The notes under the pieces are model-generated. The model did not search any database. It worked only from the letters and a program-made list of their open reading frames with translations, and was not told the DNA's origin. From the IMG/VR virus record IMGVR_UViG_3300017914_003069, positions 1-31,358 of that record: a stretch of DNA of 31,358 nucleotides, one strand, 5' to 3'. Source of the DNA: a virus. Its lineage: Duplodnaviria > Caudoviricetes. Within the stretch, counting starts at the first letter, position 1. The number at the start of each line of letters is the position of its first letter. The position numbers were made by a program, and so were the translations under genes. Positions 19,821 through 27,984 of this stretch are shown one piece after another.

Positions 19821-20914
19821 CAGTCTCTACTCTGTTGGTATCTATCGTCCAAAGTATTTTTTGTAACGATGAATGTTTCTTGGAATGTCATATTGATCTC
19901 AATCGAAACAGGTGCACCCGTCGAATCAAAGAACAAAGGAATACCTTCTCCATTGTAATTTACATTGAAGTCTTTGAGTACACATGTTCCGATATCATAT
20001 AAGTACGGTCTGACAGTATCGGCAAATTCAATTTGAAATTCTTCTGGATATGAGAATGCCAAACTACCTGCCGCGTATTCTGGATGCATGTAGTACTGGA
20101 ATGTGTTGATCATTTTGCGAATGGTATCAGACTCTTCTAGATTTCTGGCAATGAACTTATATTGAAATTGATGTGCTCTAAAACCTACACCTTCAAATAC
20201 TGTTGCCAAGTGTGGATTGAGTGCGATTCCTTCGGATACCTGTACTGCAGCTCCTACATCACCTGCAGTTCCTCCAAGTGCCAACAGACCTGCAACTCCA
20301 CCACCAATCTTTGCCGCGGCACCTGCAACTGCGGCAGGACCGAGAAGACCTGCTACTCTAGTCGCGGCATCTGCATCACTGTTTTTGTATGCTTCAGTTG
20401 CTTGTGCCATTTTACTGACGACACCATCTACTAAAGAAGTAGTCGCATTACTCAAATCTTCCGCATTAATCTTACCTGCAGCCATCCCTCCAAAAATACC
20501 AAGTCTGGTGTCTGAGTATCCTGCTGATGAATTTAACTGCAGGTTTGATGGAATTGGTAATACGATGTTTTGAAGAGTTCTAGTTTCTTTTACATCATTT
20601 CTATTTCTACGTCTATCTTTCATTACCTTAAACATAATGTAGTGATCGTTATCCAAATCAGTAGGAAAGATAATTGGATTTTTGACGTTGGGATTATTAT
20701 ATAGTTCTTTAATAGGAGACGAAACCGAGTTGCCCTTTATCTTCTTTTTGAGCAATTCGTTGAAGTTTGTTGAAATGGAGATCCCATTCGGTCCTGCACT
20801 GACAGAGAACCCACCTTTACCTGCCGCTCCTGCGACACTCTCCAATGCTCCTGAGACCTGTCCTACAACTGATTTACCATCGGTGACAAGTTGTTTAAGG
20901 GTTTGCTTTGGCAT
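19820..20914 (-). CDS. gp48: Baseplate tail-tube cap gp48
   Basis: IVLPIPSNL, NP....FEGVGFR.HQF.YKFIARN..ES..I..MI..F, YPEEF.I, CVL....VNY, PV.IE..MTFQE motifs. Confidence 0.85.
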   Translation of the reverse strand: MPKQTLKQLVTDGKSVVGQVSGALESVAGAAGKGGFSVSAGPNGISISTNFNELLKKKIKGNSVSSPIKELYNNPNVKNPIIFPTDLDNDHYIMFKVMKDRRRNRNDVKETRTLQNIVLPIPSNLQLNSSAGYSDTRLGIFGGMAAGKINAEDLSNATTSLVDGVVSKMAQATEAYKNSDADAATRVAGLLGPAAVAGAAAKIGGGVAGLLALGGTAGDVGAAVQVSEGIALNPHLATVFEGVGFRAHQFQYKFIARNLEESDTIRKMINTFQYYMHPEYAAGSLAFSYPEEFQIEFADTVRPYLYDIGTCVLKDFNVNYNGEGIPLFFDSTGAPVSIEINMTFQETFIVTKNTLDDRYQQSRD

Positions 20915-20921
20915 CTAAATA
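20914..20921 (+). promoter_or_regulatory. Late promoter variant TCTAAATA for gp4-gp2-gp54-gp26
   Basis: TAAATA core about 34 nt upstream of the gp4 ATG, at the strand-switch point. Confidence 0.55.
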
Positions 20922-20947
20922 TCCATGATTGTAGTTATAAGTGAAAC

Positions 20948-20955
20948 TATTTATA
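20948..20955 (-). promoter_or_regulatory. Late promoter TATAAATA for gp48-gp53-hub operon
   Basis: Exact TATAAATA on the minus strand about 34 nt upstream of the gp48 ATG. Confidence 0.7.
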
Positions 20956-21380
20956 TGAAAACGCTCAAGGGCAAGTACCAAGTTAAAAATATTAAGAAGT
21001 ACAATGGAAATCATGATAAGGTGTTTTACCGTAGTTCTTGGGAATTAAAATTCTTTAATTACTGTGATAGAAATCCAGACATCGTTCAATGGTCTTCAGA
21101 AGAAATTATTATTCCATACAAGTCTCCAATTGATGGACGATGGCACAGATACTTCCCTGACGTATGGATGAAGACAACAAATGGAAAAGTATATTTGATT
21201 GAGATTAAACCATTCAGAGAAACGCAAGAACCTAAGAAGAAAAGCAGAATTACAAAACAATACCTTAACGAGGTAAAGACTTATGGAATCAATATAAATA
21301 AGTGGAAGGCTGCGGAAGAATATTGTAAAGACCGCAAATGGGAATTTAAGATCATCACAGAAAACGAGTTAAATCTATAA
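20955..21380 (+). CDS. gp4: Head completion nuclease gp4
   Basis: KY.G....V.YRSSWE..F..YCD.NP.I..WSSEE..IPY.SP.D.R.HRYFPD and IEIKP...NKW.AA motifs. The start is likely ATG 20955 rather than the track start at 20925. Confidence 0.92.
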   Translation: MKTLKGKYQVKNIKKYNGNHDKVFYRSSWELKFFNYCDRNPDIVQWSSEEIIIPYKSPIDGRWHRYFPDVWMKTTNGKVYLIEIKPFRETQEPKKKSRITKQYLNEVKTYGININKWKAAEEYCKDRKWEFKIITENELNL

Positions 21381-21970
21381 TGGCAAAAGTCTTTGACGAC
21401 ATTCTAGTACGAGGAGTAAAGCAAGGTAAAATCCCTGCGCGTACACAAGACGCACGTGAGTGGTTTCGTAATAAAGCAAGATCGTCAAATACTAATGATA
21501 GATATCCAGACAACATAATCAAGAGTAGTGCTAAGTCCAACGGTGTTGAAGTTGGGCACATGTATCATTTTTACTATGATCCTAAAACTAAAGCAACTCT
21601 ACCTTATTATGATAGATTCCCACTAATCTTTATGGTTGGTCCTGCTAAAGATGGTTTTTATGGGATTAACCTACATTACCTTCCACCAAAACTCAGAGCA
21701 TCTCTCATGGACAATTTGTATGATATTGCATCTGATAGAAGGTATGATGAGGGGACTAAGTTGAGAATTAAGTACAGTCTTTTGAATGGTGCGTCTAAAT
21801 ATAGATACTTTAAACCAACCTTCAAACACTATCTCAATGCACACGTCAATTCTAAGTTTGTCAAGATCGATTCTTCAGAGTGGGATATTGCATTGTTCTT
21901 ACCAACAGAAAGATTTGAGAAAGCAGGTAAGTCTAGAGTGTTTGCAGACAGTAGGAAAATGATATCATGA
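21380..21970 (+). CDS. gp2: DNA end protector protein gp2
   Basis: G.MY.FYYDPKTK..LPYYDRFPLIF, GF.GINLHYLPP..RA and KHYL..HV.S motifs. Confidence 0.92.
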   Translation: MAKVFDDILVRGVKQGKIPARTQDAREWFRNKARSSNTNDRYPDNIIKSSAKSNGVEVGHMYHFYYDPKTKATLPYYDRFPLIFMVGPAKDGFYGINLHYLPPKLRASLMDNLYDIASDRRYDEGTKLRIKYSLLNGASKYRYFKPTFKHYLNAHVNSKFVKIDSSEWDIALFLPTERFEKAGKSRVFADSRKMIS

Positions 21971-22728
21971 CGTTCAATGTCAATAACTTAATATCATCAA
22001 TCAATAAATCTGGTGTTGCTAAGACCTCACATTTTGAAGTTCAGATAACTGGTGTTGGTGAAACAGCAATGGAAGAATCTCTCATGGCAAGAGCAGAGAC
22101 TGCAGAACTTCCGGGTCGTTCTTTGATGACCGCAGAACACAAGTTTACAAACTACGGTCCGATCAATAAAGTGCCTTATGGTGGACAGACATATACTGAC
22201 TCGACTATTACATTTATCATGTCGGAAGATATGCGAGAAAAAGAATATTTTGAATACTGGCAGAATAGAATTGTTAACACTGGTGCTTTTGAGACAGGAT
22301 CTGGTCAAGCAGACTTTTACGGATACTCTCAATCTAAATTCAATCCAAAATATTTTGACGAATATCTTGGGACAATTATTATCAGACAGTATGGTTCCGC
22401 GGGTGATCTAAGATCAGTTCATACACTGAATGAAGCATATCCTCTTATCATCAACCCTGTTTCGATGTCATGGGGTTCTGAGGAAGTAGCAAAGTTGGGT
22501 GTGACATTTTCATACAGAAATTATAAAGTTGTCTACGCAAAACAAGATCAACCCGGTCTTGGTTTTGGTTTTTCTCTCAATATTGGAAAAGGTGGACTTC
22601 AAGGTTCAGCAAGACTACCCGGTATTGGAAATATCGCAGGTGCTCTTGGGGGAGGAGGTCTTGAGACTGTTAACGCAACAATTGGTGACATTAATAACAG
22701 AGTGGCGCAGATACGTAAAGCATTTTAA
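21967..22728 (+). CDS. gp54: Baseplate tail-tube initiator gp54 (gp19-fold)
   Basis: AELPGR, KVPY, ITF...EDM.EK.YFE.WQ, Y.DEY...I.I.Q and L.EAYP..I...MSW...KL.VTFSYR motifs; synteny gp2-gp54-gp26. Confidence 0.7.
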   Translation: MTFNVNNLISSINKSGVAKTSHFEVQITGVGETAMEESLMARAETAELPGRSLMTAEHKFTNYGPINKVPYGGQTYTDSTITFIMSEDMREKEYFEYWQNRIVNTGAFETGSGQADFYGYSQSKFNPKYFDEYLGTIIIRQYGSAGDLRSVHTLNEAYPLIINPVSMSWGSEEVAKLGVTFSYRNYKVVYAKQDQPGLGFGFSLNIGKGGLQGSARLPGIGNIAGALGGGGLETVNATIGDINNRVAQIRKAF

Positions 22729-22742
22729 AGTGAGGTTAAATT

Positions 22743-23438
22743 ATGGCACTGCCTAGTATATCGACTCCGGAATTTAGTACAAAAATTCCTTCGACTGGAG
22801 AAGAAATTAAATATCGTCCGTTCCTAGTAAAAGAAGAAAAGATACTTCTTATGGCAATGGAAGGAAACGATCCAAAAGAAATTGAGACAGCAGTAAAAAA
22901 CATTTTGAAGAGCTGCATACTAAATGAGATTCAAGTCGACGATCTAGCAATGTTTGATTTGGAGTATCTGTTCCTGCAGTTGCGAGGAAAGTCTGTTGGT
23001 GAGGTTGTAGAACTGACCATAACTCATCCAGACAAAGAATGTAAGCACAGAACAGATGTTAGTATTAATGTAGATGATATTCAAATTATCAATCTAAAAA
23101 AAAAAAAAAAAATTATGCTAACCGATGACATTGGTGTGATGATGAAATATCCAACTATGGGTGATGCAATGTCAATGTCAAGTGAAAATACTGACGCAGT
23201 GTTTGATATACTAGCAAAGTGTATTGACTACGTATTTGACCAAGAAGACGTGTACAATGACTTTACACAAGAAGAATTGGTAGAATGGATCAATGGATTA
23301 AATCAAGAGCAGTTCCAAAGAATTTTGAAGTTCTTTGAACTTATGCCGAAACTTTCTCATACTCTTGAATGGACATGCGCAGAGTGTGGAGAAAAAGATA
23401 GTATTGTGATTGAAGGATTAAACAATTTTTTTACGTAG
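22743..23438 (+). CDS. gp26: Baseplate hub assembly protein gp26
   Basis: MALP.I..P, IKYRPFLVKEEKILLMA, FDLEYLFLQLRGKSVGE, MKYP, FFE.MPKL.H, CxxC, and a GL.NFF end. Confidence 0.9.
   Translation: MALPSISTPEFSTKIPSTGEEIKYRPFLVKEEKILLMAMEGNDPKEIETAVKNILKSCILNEIQVDDLAMFDLEYLFLQLRGKSVGEVVELTITHPDKECKHRTDVSINVDDIQIINLKKKKKIMLTDDIGVMMKYPTMGDAMSMSSENTDAVFDILAKCIDYVFDQEDVYNDFTQEELVEWINGLNQEQFQRILKFFELMPKLSHTLEWTCAECGEKDSIVIEGLNNFFT
23426..23432 (+). other. Candidate -1 programmed ribosomal frameshift site T_TTT_TTT (gp26 to gp51)
   Basis: The 0 frame reads AAT TTT TTT ACG TAG. The -1 frame reads TTT TTT TAC GTA GGC ATG, in frame with gp51. Confidence 0.6.
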
Positions 23439-23440
23439 GC

Positions 23441-23614
23441 ATGAGCCATAACAATCTGGCAAATATGTACCAGTTGAACTTTGCACTCATGCAACACCAT
23501 AAATATAGTTTAACTGAATTAGAGAATTTGATACCCTTTGAAAGGGATATCTATGTGACTTTGTTAAAGCAGTATCTTGAAGAACAAGAAGAACGAATGA
23601 AACAAAAAGGATAG
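23441..23614 (+). CDS. gp51: Baseplate hub assembly catalyst gp51, 57 aa
   Basis: Below the track cutoff. MSHNNLANMYQLNFALMQHHKYSLTELENLIPFERDIYVTLLKQYLEEQEERMKQKG. NFALMQHHKYSL.E.E..IP.ERDIY is the cyanophage gp51 signature. Confidence 0.88.
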   Translation: MSHNNLANMYQLNFALMQHHKYSLTELENLIPFERDIYVTLLKQYLEEQEERMKQKG

Positions 23615-23618
23615 TCAC

Positions 23619-23945
23619 ATGTCAGAAGAAGAAAATAAAGGTTACCATCCCGCAGACCTAAATGGTGATGGTGTTGTAACTGAAGAAGAACGTGAGATGT
23701 ATTTAGAGTTCAAACGCAAAGAACTGGAAGACCAAGACCAACAACGCGACGCTATCAGAAAGATGGCATGGTTCTCTCTCTTCGGTCTCCTATTATATCC
23801 ATTTGGAATCTTCATTACATCTTTCCTTGGATTAGACAAAGCATCAAATCTAATTGCAGACATAGCTCCGACTTACTTCGCCTCGATCGCGGTTCTCGTC
23901 AGTGCTTTCTTTGCCTCAGACGCGGTGTCACAAAAGAAGAAGTAA
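23619..23945 (+). CDS. Small membrane protein with EF-hand-like loop and 2 TM helices
   Basis: DLNGDGVVTEEE loop followed by two hydrophobic segments and a KKK tail. Confidence 0.75.
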   Translation: MSEEENKGYHPADLNGDGVVTEEEREMYLEFKRKELEDQDQQRDAIRKMAWFSLFGLLLYPFGIFITSFLGLDKASNLIADIAPTYFASIAVLVSAFFASDAVSQKKK

Positions 23946-23950
23946 TATAA

Positions 23951-25795
23951 ATGGCAGAAGAGAAGAAACGAGGACTACCTGTACTTGATGTGATGGGAAC
24001 ATATTTCTCACAGCAAGAAGTAAAAGGTGCAGAGAAAACTGAGAAAGCAATCAAAGAGTTTAGTAAGGATCTTCAGAAAGCTATCAAATCAAATGGAGTA
24101 TCGATTGCTTCTCAGACTTCTGTATTGCTTGAAATAAAAGATGTCCTTGCAAAAGCATTTGATATTGATGAAGAAAGATTAGACCTCATCAAGGAACAGA
24201 TGCGTCTCGATGCTGAAAGACGATTAGAAGAATCAAGAAAAAAGGATTTGGGAGACGATAATAAAGTCAAACGAGATCCTTATGATATGAGTCTTCTTAA
24301 ACTGTTAGCAGGAGCAGGAGGTCTTGCTTTCGGTGCCGCTCTTGTTGGAGCAATTGCAGGATTGCGAGGATGGGAAGGAAAAGCAATTAAGAATTTAAGA
24401 TTACTTGCGACAGTTCCTGAAATTGTTCTGGATGGAATGAAGGGACTTAGAAACAGTGTTCTACGCACATTTGGATTGAATCCTGCAGGAATTCCTATAA
24501 GAGGTGCTGATGGCAGATTTACTGGTGAAAGAATAGGTATACGTCAGCAAATATTAAACTCGATGGATAATTTGAGAACGAGGTTTTTAAATTTCTTCGG
24601 TATAGGTGCTGATGGTAAACCCATTATGACTCAAGGTGCTGATGGTAAATTTAGAGGTCCGTCTTTCATGAGTCGGGTTAATTCTTCAGTATTCAGATTC
24701 TTTGACAATTCAGTCAAAAGTATCACCGAGGGATTTCGAACATTGTTCACAAGTGTCAGTGAAATGTTTAAAGGCACAGGATTCATAGCAAAAGCTGCAA
24801 CTACTTTTAAAAATGTGATTACCAAAATTCCTATCATAGGTCAAATTCTTGGTGTCATATTTTCTACGATTGAAGGTGCAATTGCGGCATTCAATGCTGA
24901 AGGGGGAATCTTTACAAAGATCCATGCATTCATTTCAGCATTCATTTCTGATTTCTTTGGTTCATTTTTTGACCTAGTTAAAGATCTATTATCTTGGGGA
25001 TTAGGTCTTTTAGGATTTGAACGGGCAGAAAGATTCTTAGATTCGTTTAGTATTGAAGACGAATTAGAAAAGTTTTTATTGAAACCAATTGATTACATTA
25101 AGAATGTTTTTAGTTGGATGGGTTCTATGTTTGATTCTGATGCAGAACGCGCACTCACTTCTGCACAGGCAAATCTAAAGAAGAGCAAAGACTTACTTGT
25201 TGAGAATGAAGAAGCAATTCAAGATGCTATGGATATGGGTGATTATGATGCCGCAGACAATCTGAGAAAAACAAGAGAAGCATTACTTAGAAATAGAGAA
25301 AGTAGAGAAAAAAGTGTTCTTGATGCACAAAGAGCACTTGAGGAAGAAGAAGCAAAACCAAGTTTCTTAGAAAAGATGAGGACATTGGATGTCAGTGAGT
25401 TCTTAAGAAATCTTGTTGCAGGTGTCTTACAATCAATTCAAGGTGAAGATGGTTATTTCTATAGTGGATTGAGAAAGTTGATGGATTCTGTTGGTGCATA
25501 TGAATTTGCAAGAATCAATCCTGAGACTGGTGAAGCAATAGCACCTACTCCTCAAGCACCAATTACTCAAGCAGTCCAACCTATTGATGAATTCACTGGA
25601 GCAGAAGTTGATGCTAGATCGAGAGAACAAGCATCGGTTAGTATGTCACCAAGTGTAACTGTGACTGCACCGCAGACAATGGTTCAGACTGATAATTCTG
25701 TAAGAAGCAATACCACGACAATTGCTCCTGCATCACCGAGAAGAGGCAGAATGCCTCTACCTCAAGGATATCAAGACCCTATATATGGGGCGTAA
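23951..25795 (+). CDS. Tape-measure-like protein (gp29 position)
   Basis: 614 aa, helical/amphipathic with G/A/F-rich hydrophobic stretches and KIPIIGQILG; P/T/S/N-rich C-terminus; located downstream of gp26/gp51. Confidence 0.6.
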   Translation: MAEEKKRGLPVLDVMGTYFSQQEVKGAEKTEKAIKEFSKDLQKAIKSNGVSIASQTSVLLEIKDVLAKAFDIDEERLDLIKEQMRLDAERRLEESRKKDLGDDNKVKRDPYDMSLLKLLAGAGGLAFGAALVGAIAGLRGWEGKAIKNLRLLATVPEIVLDGMKGLRNSVLRTFGLNPAGIPIRGADGRFTGERIGIRQQILNSMDNLRTRFLNFFGIGADGKPIMTQGADGKFRGPSFMSRVNSSVFRFFDNSVKSITEGFRTLFTSVSEMFKGTGFIAKAATTFKNVITKIPIIGQILGVIFSTIEGAIAAFNAEGGIFTKIHAFISAFISDFFGSFFDLVKDLLSWGLGLLGFERAERFLDSFSIEDELEKFLLKPIDYIKNVFSWMGSMFDSDAERALTSAQANLKKSKDLLVENEEAIQDAMDMGDYDAADNLRKTREALLRNRESREKSVLDAQRALEEEEAKPSFLEKMRTLDVSEFLRNLVAGVLQSIQGEDGYFYSGLRKLMDSVGAYEFARINPETGEAIAPTPQAPITQAVQPIDEFTGAEVDARSREQASVSMSPSVTVTAPQTMVQTDNSVRSNTTTIAPASPRRGRMPLPQGYQDPIYGA

Positions 25796-25820
25796 AAAAG
25801 GGGACATTGCGTCCCCTTCA
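25794..25820 (-). terminator. Intrinsic terminator for gene 32 (possibly bidirectional)
   Basis: The minus strand reads AAGGGGAC-GCAAT-GTCCCCTTTTTT, between two convergent genes. Confidence 0.85.
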
Positions 25821-25822
25821 TT

Positions 25823-26731
25823 TTAGTCGTTTGCTAACTGTTCAAAGAATGACAAATCGTCATCATCTTCTGCCGTTGCGACAGGAGTCTTTGGAGCAGG
25901 AGCAGTTTTAGTTTGAGGAGTAGGATCGAATGGGATCTCATCCGCCTCTTCAAACACAGGACGTGCCTGAGTCGCACCCCCAGATAAACCCAACACCTTG
26001 TCGAGTTTCTGCTTGAGTTCGTCGTATGACTTGAACTTGTCTGATGATACCAACTCAGATAGTGAGTTGAGAGAGTTGTATACTACCTCAAGTTGCTCAT
26101 CATCACCATCGAACAATTCACTCGGCGAATCAAACTCTGATTTATCGTAGTTACGATAACCTTCTACGTTACGGATCTTCAGTTTGAAGTCCGCTCCTTC
26201 CCAAAAATCAAATGGGTTCACAGGAGTTTCGTCTTCGAACTCTGGTTGCATAAGATCGTTGATCTTATCCCAAATCTTCTTGCCATATTGATACAAGAAC
26301 ACCTTACCCTCATTCTGAGGATTAGATGGGTCTTTAATGACCATGATATTTGAGAAGTACTTCAGACGACGTTTCTGCTTACGTGCCTGTTCTTTACCTG
26401 CATCAGTACCATTGTTCCATAACTCTGAGTTATACTCTGAGACAGGATCCTTCTGACCAATAGTAGTCAGAGAGTTTTCAATGTACCAACCACCCGGTCC
26501 TTGAAACCCGTGATCAAAAACACGCACCCAAGGTAGGTCTTCATTAGCAGGTTCAGGTAAGAAACGAATCACTGCATAACCATTACCTGCCTTATCAACA
26601 GTTGGTTTCCAGATACGATCATCTGGTCCGTTTGATTGTTGTTCACTCTGAGAGAGTTTAGCAGTTTCTTGGAGCAGCTTGTCGAGTGACTTAGTGCGTG
26701 ACTTTTTGAGGGATGCAAATGAGTTTGCCAT
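25823..26731 (-). CDS. gp32: Single-stranded DNA-binding protein gp32
   Basis: DDRIWKP.VDKAGNGYAVIRFLP, HGFQGPGGWYIENSLTT, FDFWEGADFKLKIR.VEGYRNYDKSEF motifs and an acidic tail DDDLSFFEQLA. The true start is ATG 26731 (MANSFASLKK). Confidence 0.97.
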   Translation of the reverse strand: MANSFASLKKSRTKSLDKLLQETAKLSQSEQQSNGPDDRIWKPTVDKAGNGYAVIRFLPEPANEDLPWVRVFDHGFQGPGGWYIENSLTTIGQKDPVSEYNSELWNNGTDAGKEQARKQKRRLKYFSNIMVIKDPSNPQNEGKVFLYQYGKKIWDKINDLMQPEFEDETPVNPFDFWEGADFKLKIRNVEGYRNYDKSEFDSPSELFDGDDEQLEVVYNSLNSLSELVSSDKFKSYDELKQKLDKVLGLSGGATQARPVFEEADEIPFDPTPQTKTAPAPKTPVATAEDDDDLSFFEQLAND

Positions 26732-26801
26732 ATCTTCGTATTCCTTGTATAGTTGTATAGATTGTATGTAACTTGTCCACGTATTCATAATGTATTTCTT
26801 T

Positions 26802-26830
26802 ATATTACACCAATTAGGGGATGGTGTCAA
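26802..26830 (-). promoter_or_regulatory. Sigma70-type early promoter for gene 32
   Basis: TTGACA (26830-26825), 17 bp, TAATAT (26807-26802). Confidence 0.65.
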
Positions 26831-26837
26831 CCCTTTT

Positions 26838-26845
26838 TATTTAGT
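26838..26845 (-). promoter_or_regulatory. Late promoter variant ACTAAATA upstream of gene 32
   Basis: TAAATA core overlapping the stop of the upstream small ORF. Confidence 0.4.
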
Positions 26846-27011
26846 GAATTGGATTCTTTTTGATCTCTGACTTTTCTTCATTTGGATGAAGATTTTGTGT
26901 AACGTATGAGAAATTTACTTCAAGTTCTTGTATTCTTTTTTTAAGTTCCTGATTCTCCTTCTCTAGTTCAGAAATTTCGATTTGAAGTTGTGTTAAATCG
27001 TTATGTGTCAT
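26841..27011 (-). CDS. Small coiled-coil hypothetical protein, 56 aa
   Basis: Below the track cutoff. MTHNDLTQLQIEISELEKENQELKKRIQELEVNFSYVTQNLHPNEEKSEIKKNPIH. ATGA overlap with the gp59 stop. Confidence 0.7.
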   Translation of the reverse strand: MTHNDLTQLQIEISELEKENQELKKRIQELEVNFSYVTQNLHPNEEKSEIKKNPIH

Positions 27012-27622
27012 GAGTATATCTCCAATACAATAGATTTTAGTTTTTTTATATCAGCATTGGTGAAATGATAAAAGAATGGTCTATAGTTTTCTATCAATTC
27101 GATCAGTTCATTTAATATCAGATCATCCTGATTTTTCCAATGCCGAGTAAAGTGCACTAGATCATCTAATATGATTAGACTTTCTAATGACAATTTACCT
27201 CTTTGATAGAGACGGAATGCGTATGGGTGCATCCCATCTTTTATAACAAATAAGTTATTAAAGTCATCCTTTATATCATGTATGTGTGATAATTCTTCGT
27301 GAAAGTTATATGTGAGAGATTCTATTCTCTTGCGCCATTTCTTATAAACTATTTCAAAATATGGTGTAAGTAAGTCACCAATCCATCCTTGTCTGTTTCC
27401 ATCAATTGTTGATGCGACCAGAAACTTTAAAAACTCTTCCTTTCTTTGATATTTCTTTGCAGCTTTGTCAAACAAATATTTATCTTTTCGGACTTCAAAA
27501 GCATTGTAGTTTACTTTATTCTTTCCATTATATTTAAAATAATCATATGTTCCTTTCTTGAAGTGATGGTTTACTGCAAGAAAGGTTTGATAACAATCAA
27601 ATCCACTCATCTTTTCACTCAT
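27008..27622 (-). CDS. gp59: Helicase loader gp59
   Basis: FLAV..HF....YDYFKYNGK, F..RKDKY.F.K, WIGDL, W.KRIESL.Y.F and HP...LY...LSLESL.ILD motifs; synteny 33-59-32. Confidence 0.9.
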   Translation of the reverse strand: MSEKMSGFDCYQTFLAVNHHFKKGTYDYFKYNGKNKVNYNAFEVRKDKYLFDKAAKKYQRKEEFLKFLVASTIDGNRQGWIGDLLTPYFEIVYKKWRKRIESLTYNFHEELSHIHDIKDDFNNLFVIKDGMHPYAFRLYQRGKLSLESLIILDDLVHFTRHWKNQDDLILNELIELIENYRPFFYHFTNADIKKLKSIVLEIYS

Positions 27623-27840
27623 ATGGGGAGTCTGTTGGGTTTCTCCAGAAAGTTTAATTCTTCTGCTTCATATCTAATTTTTTCTTTAATATTCACATTG
27701 ATAAGTTTAGCTGCCGTTTCTATCTCAAATTCATTCTCATCACACCACCAAGTGATTGCATCCATATATGTCAATCTTTTTTCTTTAACGATGCCCTCGA
27801 TGAGCAACGAGAACTTTTGAGTAGTCATTAGGTCTAGCAT
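27619..27840 (-). CDS. gp33: Late transcription coactivator gp33
   Basis: KFS..IE.IV.E....YMDAI..WC.EN..EIE..AKLI....KEKI..EA.ELNFL....LPI. Confidence 0.92.
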   Translation of the reverse strand: MLDLMTTQKFSLLIEGIVKEKRLTYMDAITWWCDENEFEIETAAKLINVNIKEKIRYEAEELNFLEKPNRLPI

Positions 27841-27870
27841 TGTTGTTCCTTAATTTATGAAGACTCTATG

Positions 27871-27899
27871 AGTATATAACGGATTGACATCCTTGTCAA
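27871..27899 (-). promoter_or_regulatory. Sigma70-type early promoter for gp33-gp59-gp32
   Basis: TTGACA (27899-27894), 17 bp, TATACT (27876-27871). Confidence 0.75.
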
Positions 27900-27905
27900 G
27901 ACCAA

Positions 27906-27917
27906 TATTTATAAATA
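27906..27917. promoter_or_regulatory. Palindromic bidirectional late promoter TATTTATAAATA
   Basis: A perfect 12-bp palindrome giving TATAAATA on both strands at a divergent gene junction. Confidence 0.65.
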
Positions 27918-27984
27918 GAGACTCTAACCATTGATTGAACTCTCTTTATTATTTTTTCGTCATGAGTCACAAAAGGAAGAACTC

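Noticed and set aside
21293-21300. TATAAATA inside gp4 (and CATAAATA at 23498-23505 inside gp51)
   Set aside because: Both fall within coding sequence (INK, HKY codons) in AT-rich DNA. They might be internal late promoters, but chance cannot be excluded.
26732-26830. 33-aa N-terminal extension of gp32 shown in the ORF track
   Set aside because: It starts at the TTG of the -35 box. Homology-like sequence begins at MANSFASLKK, so this is leader, not coding sequence.
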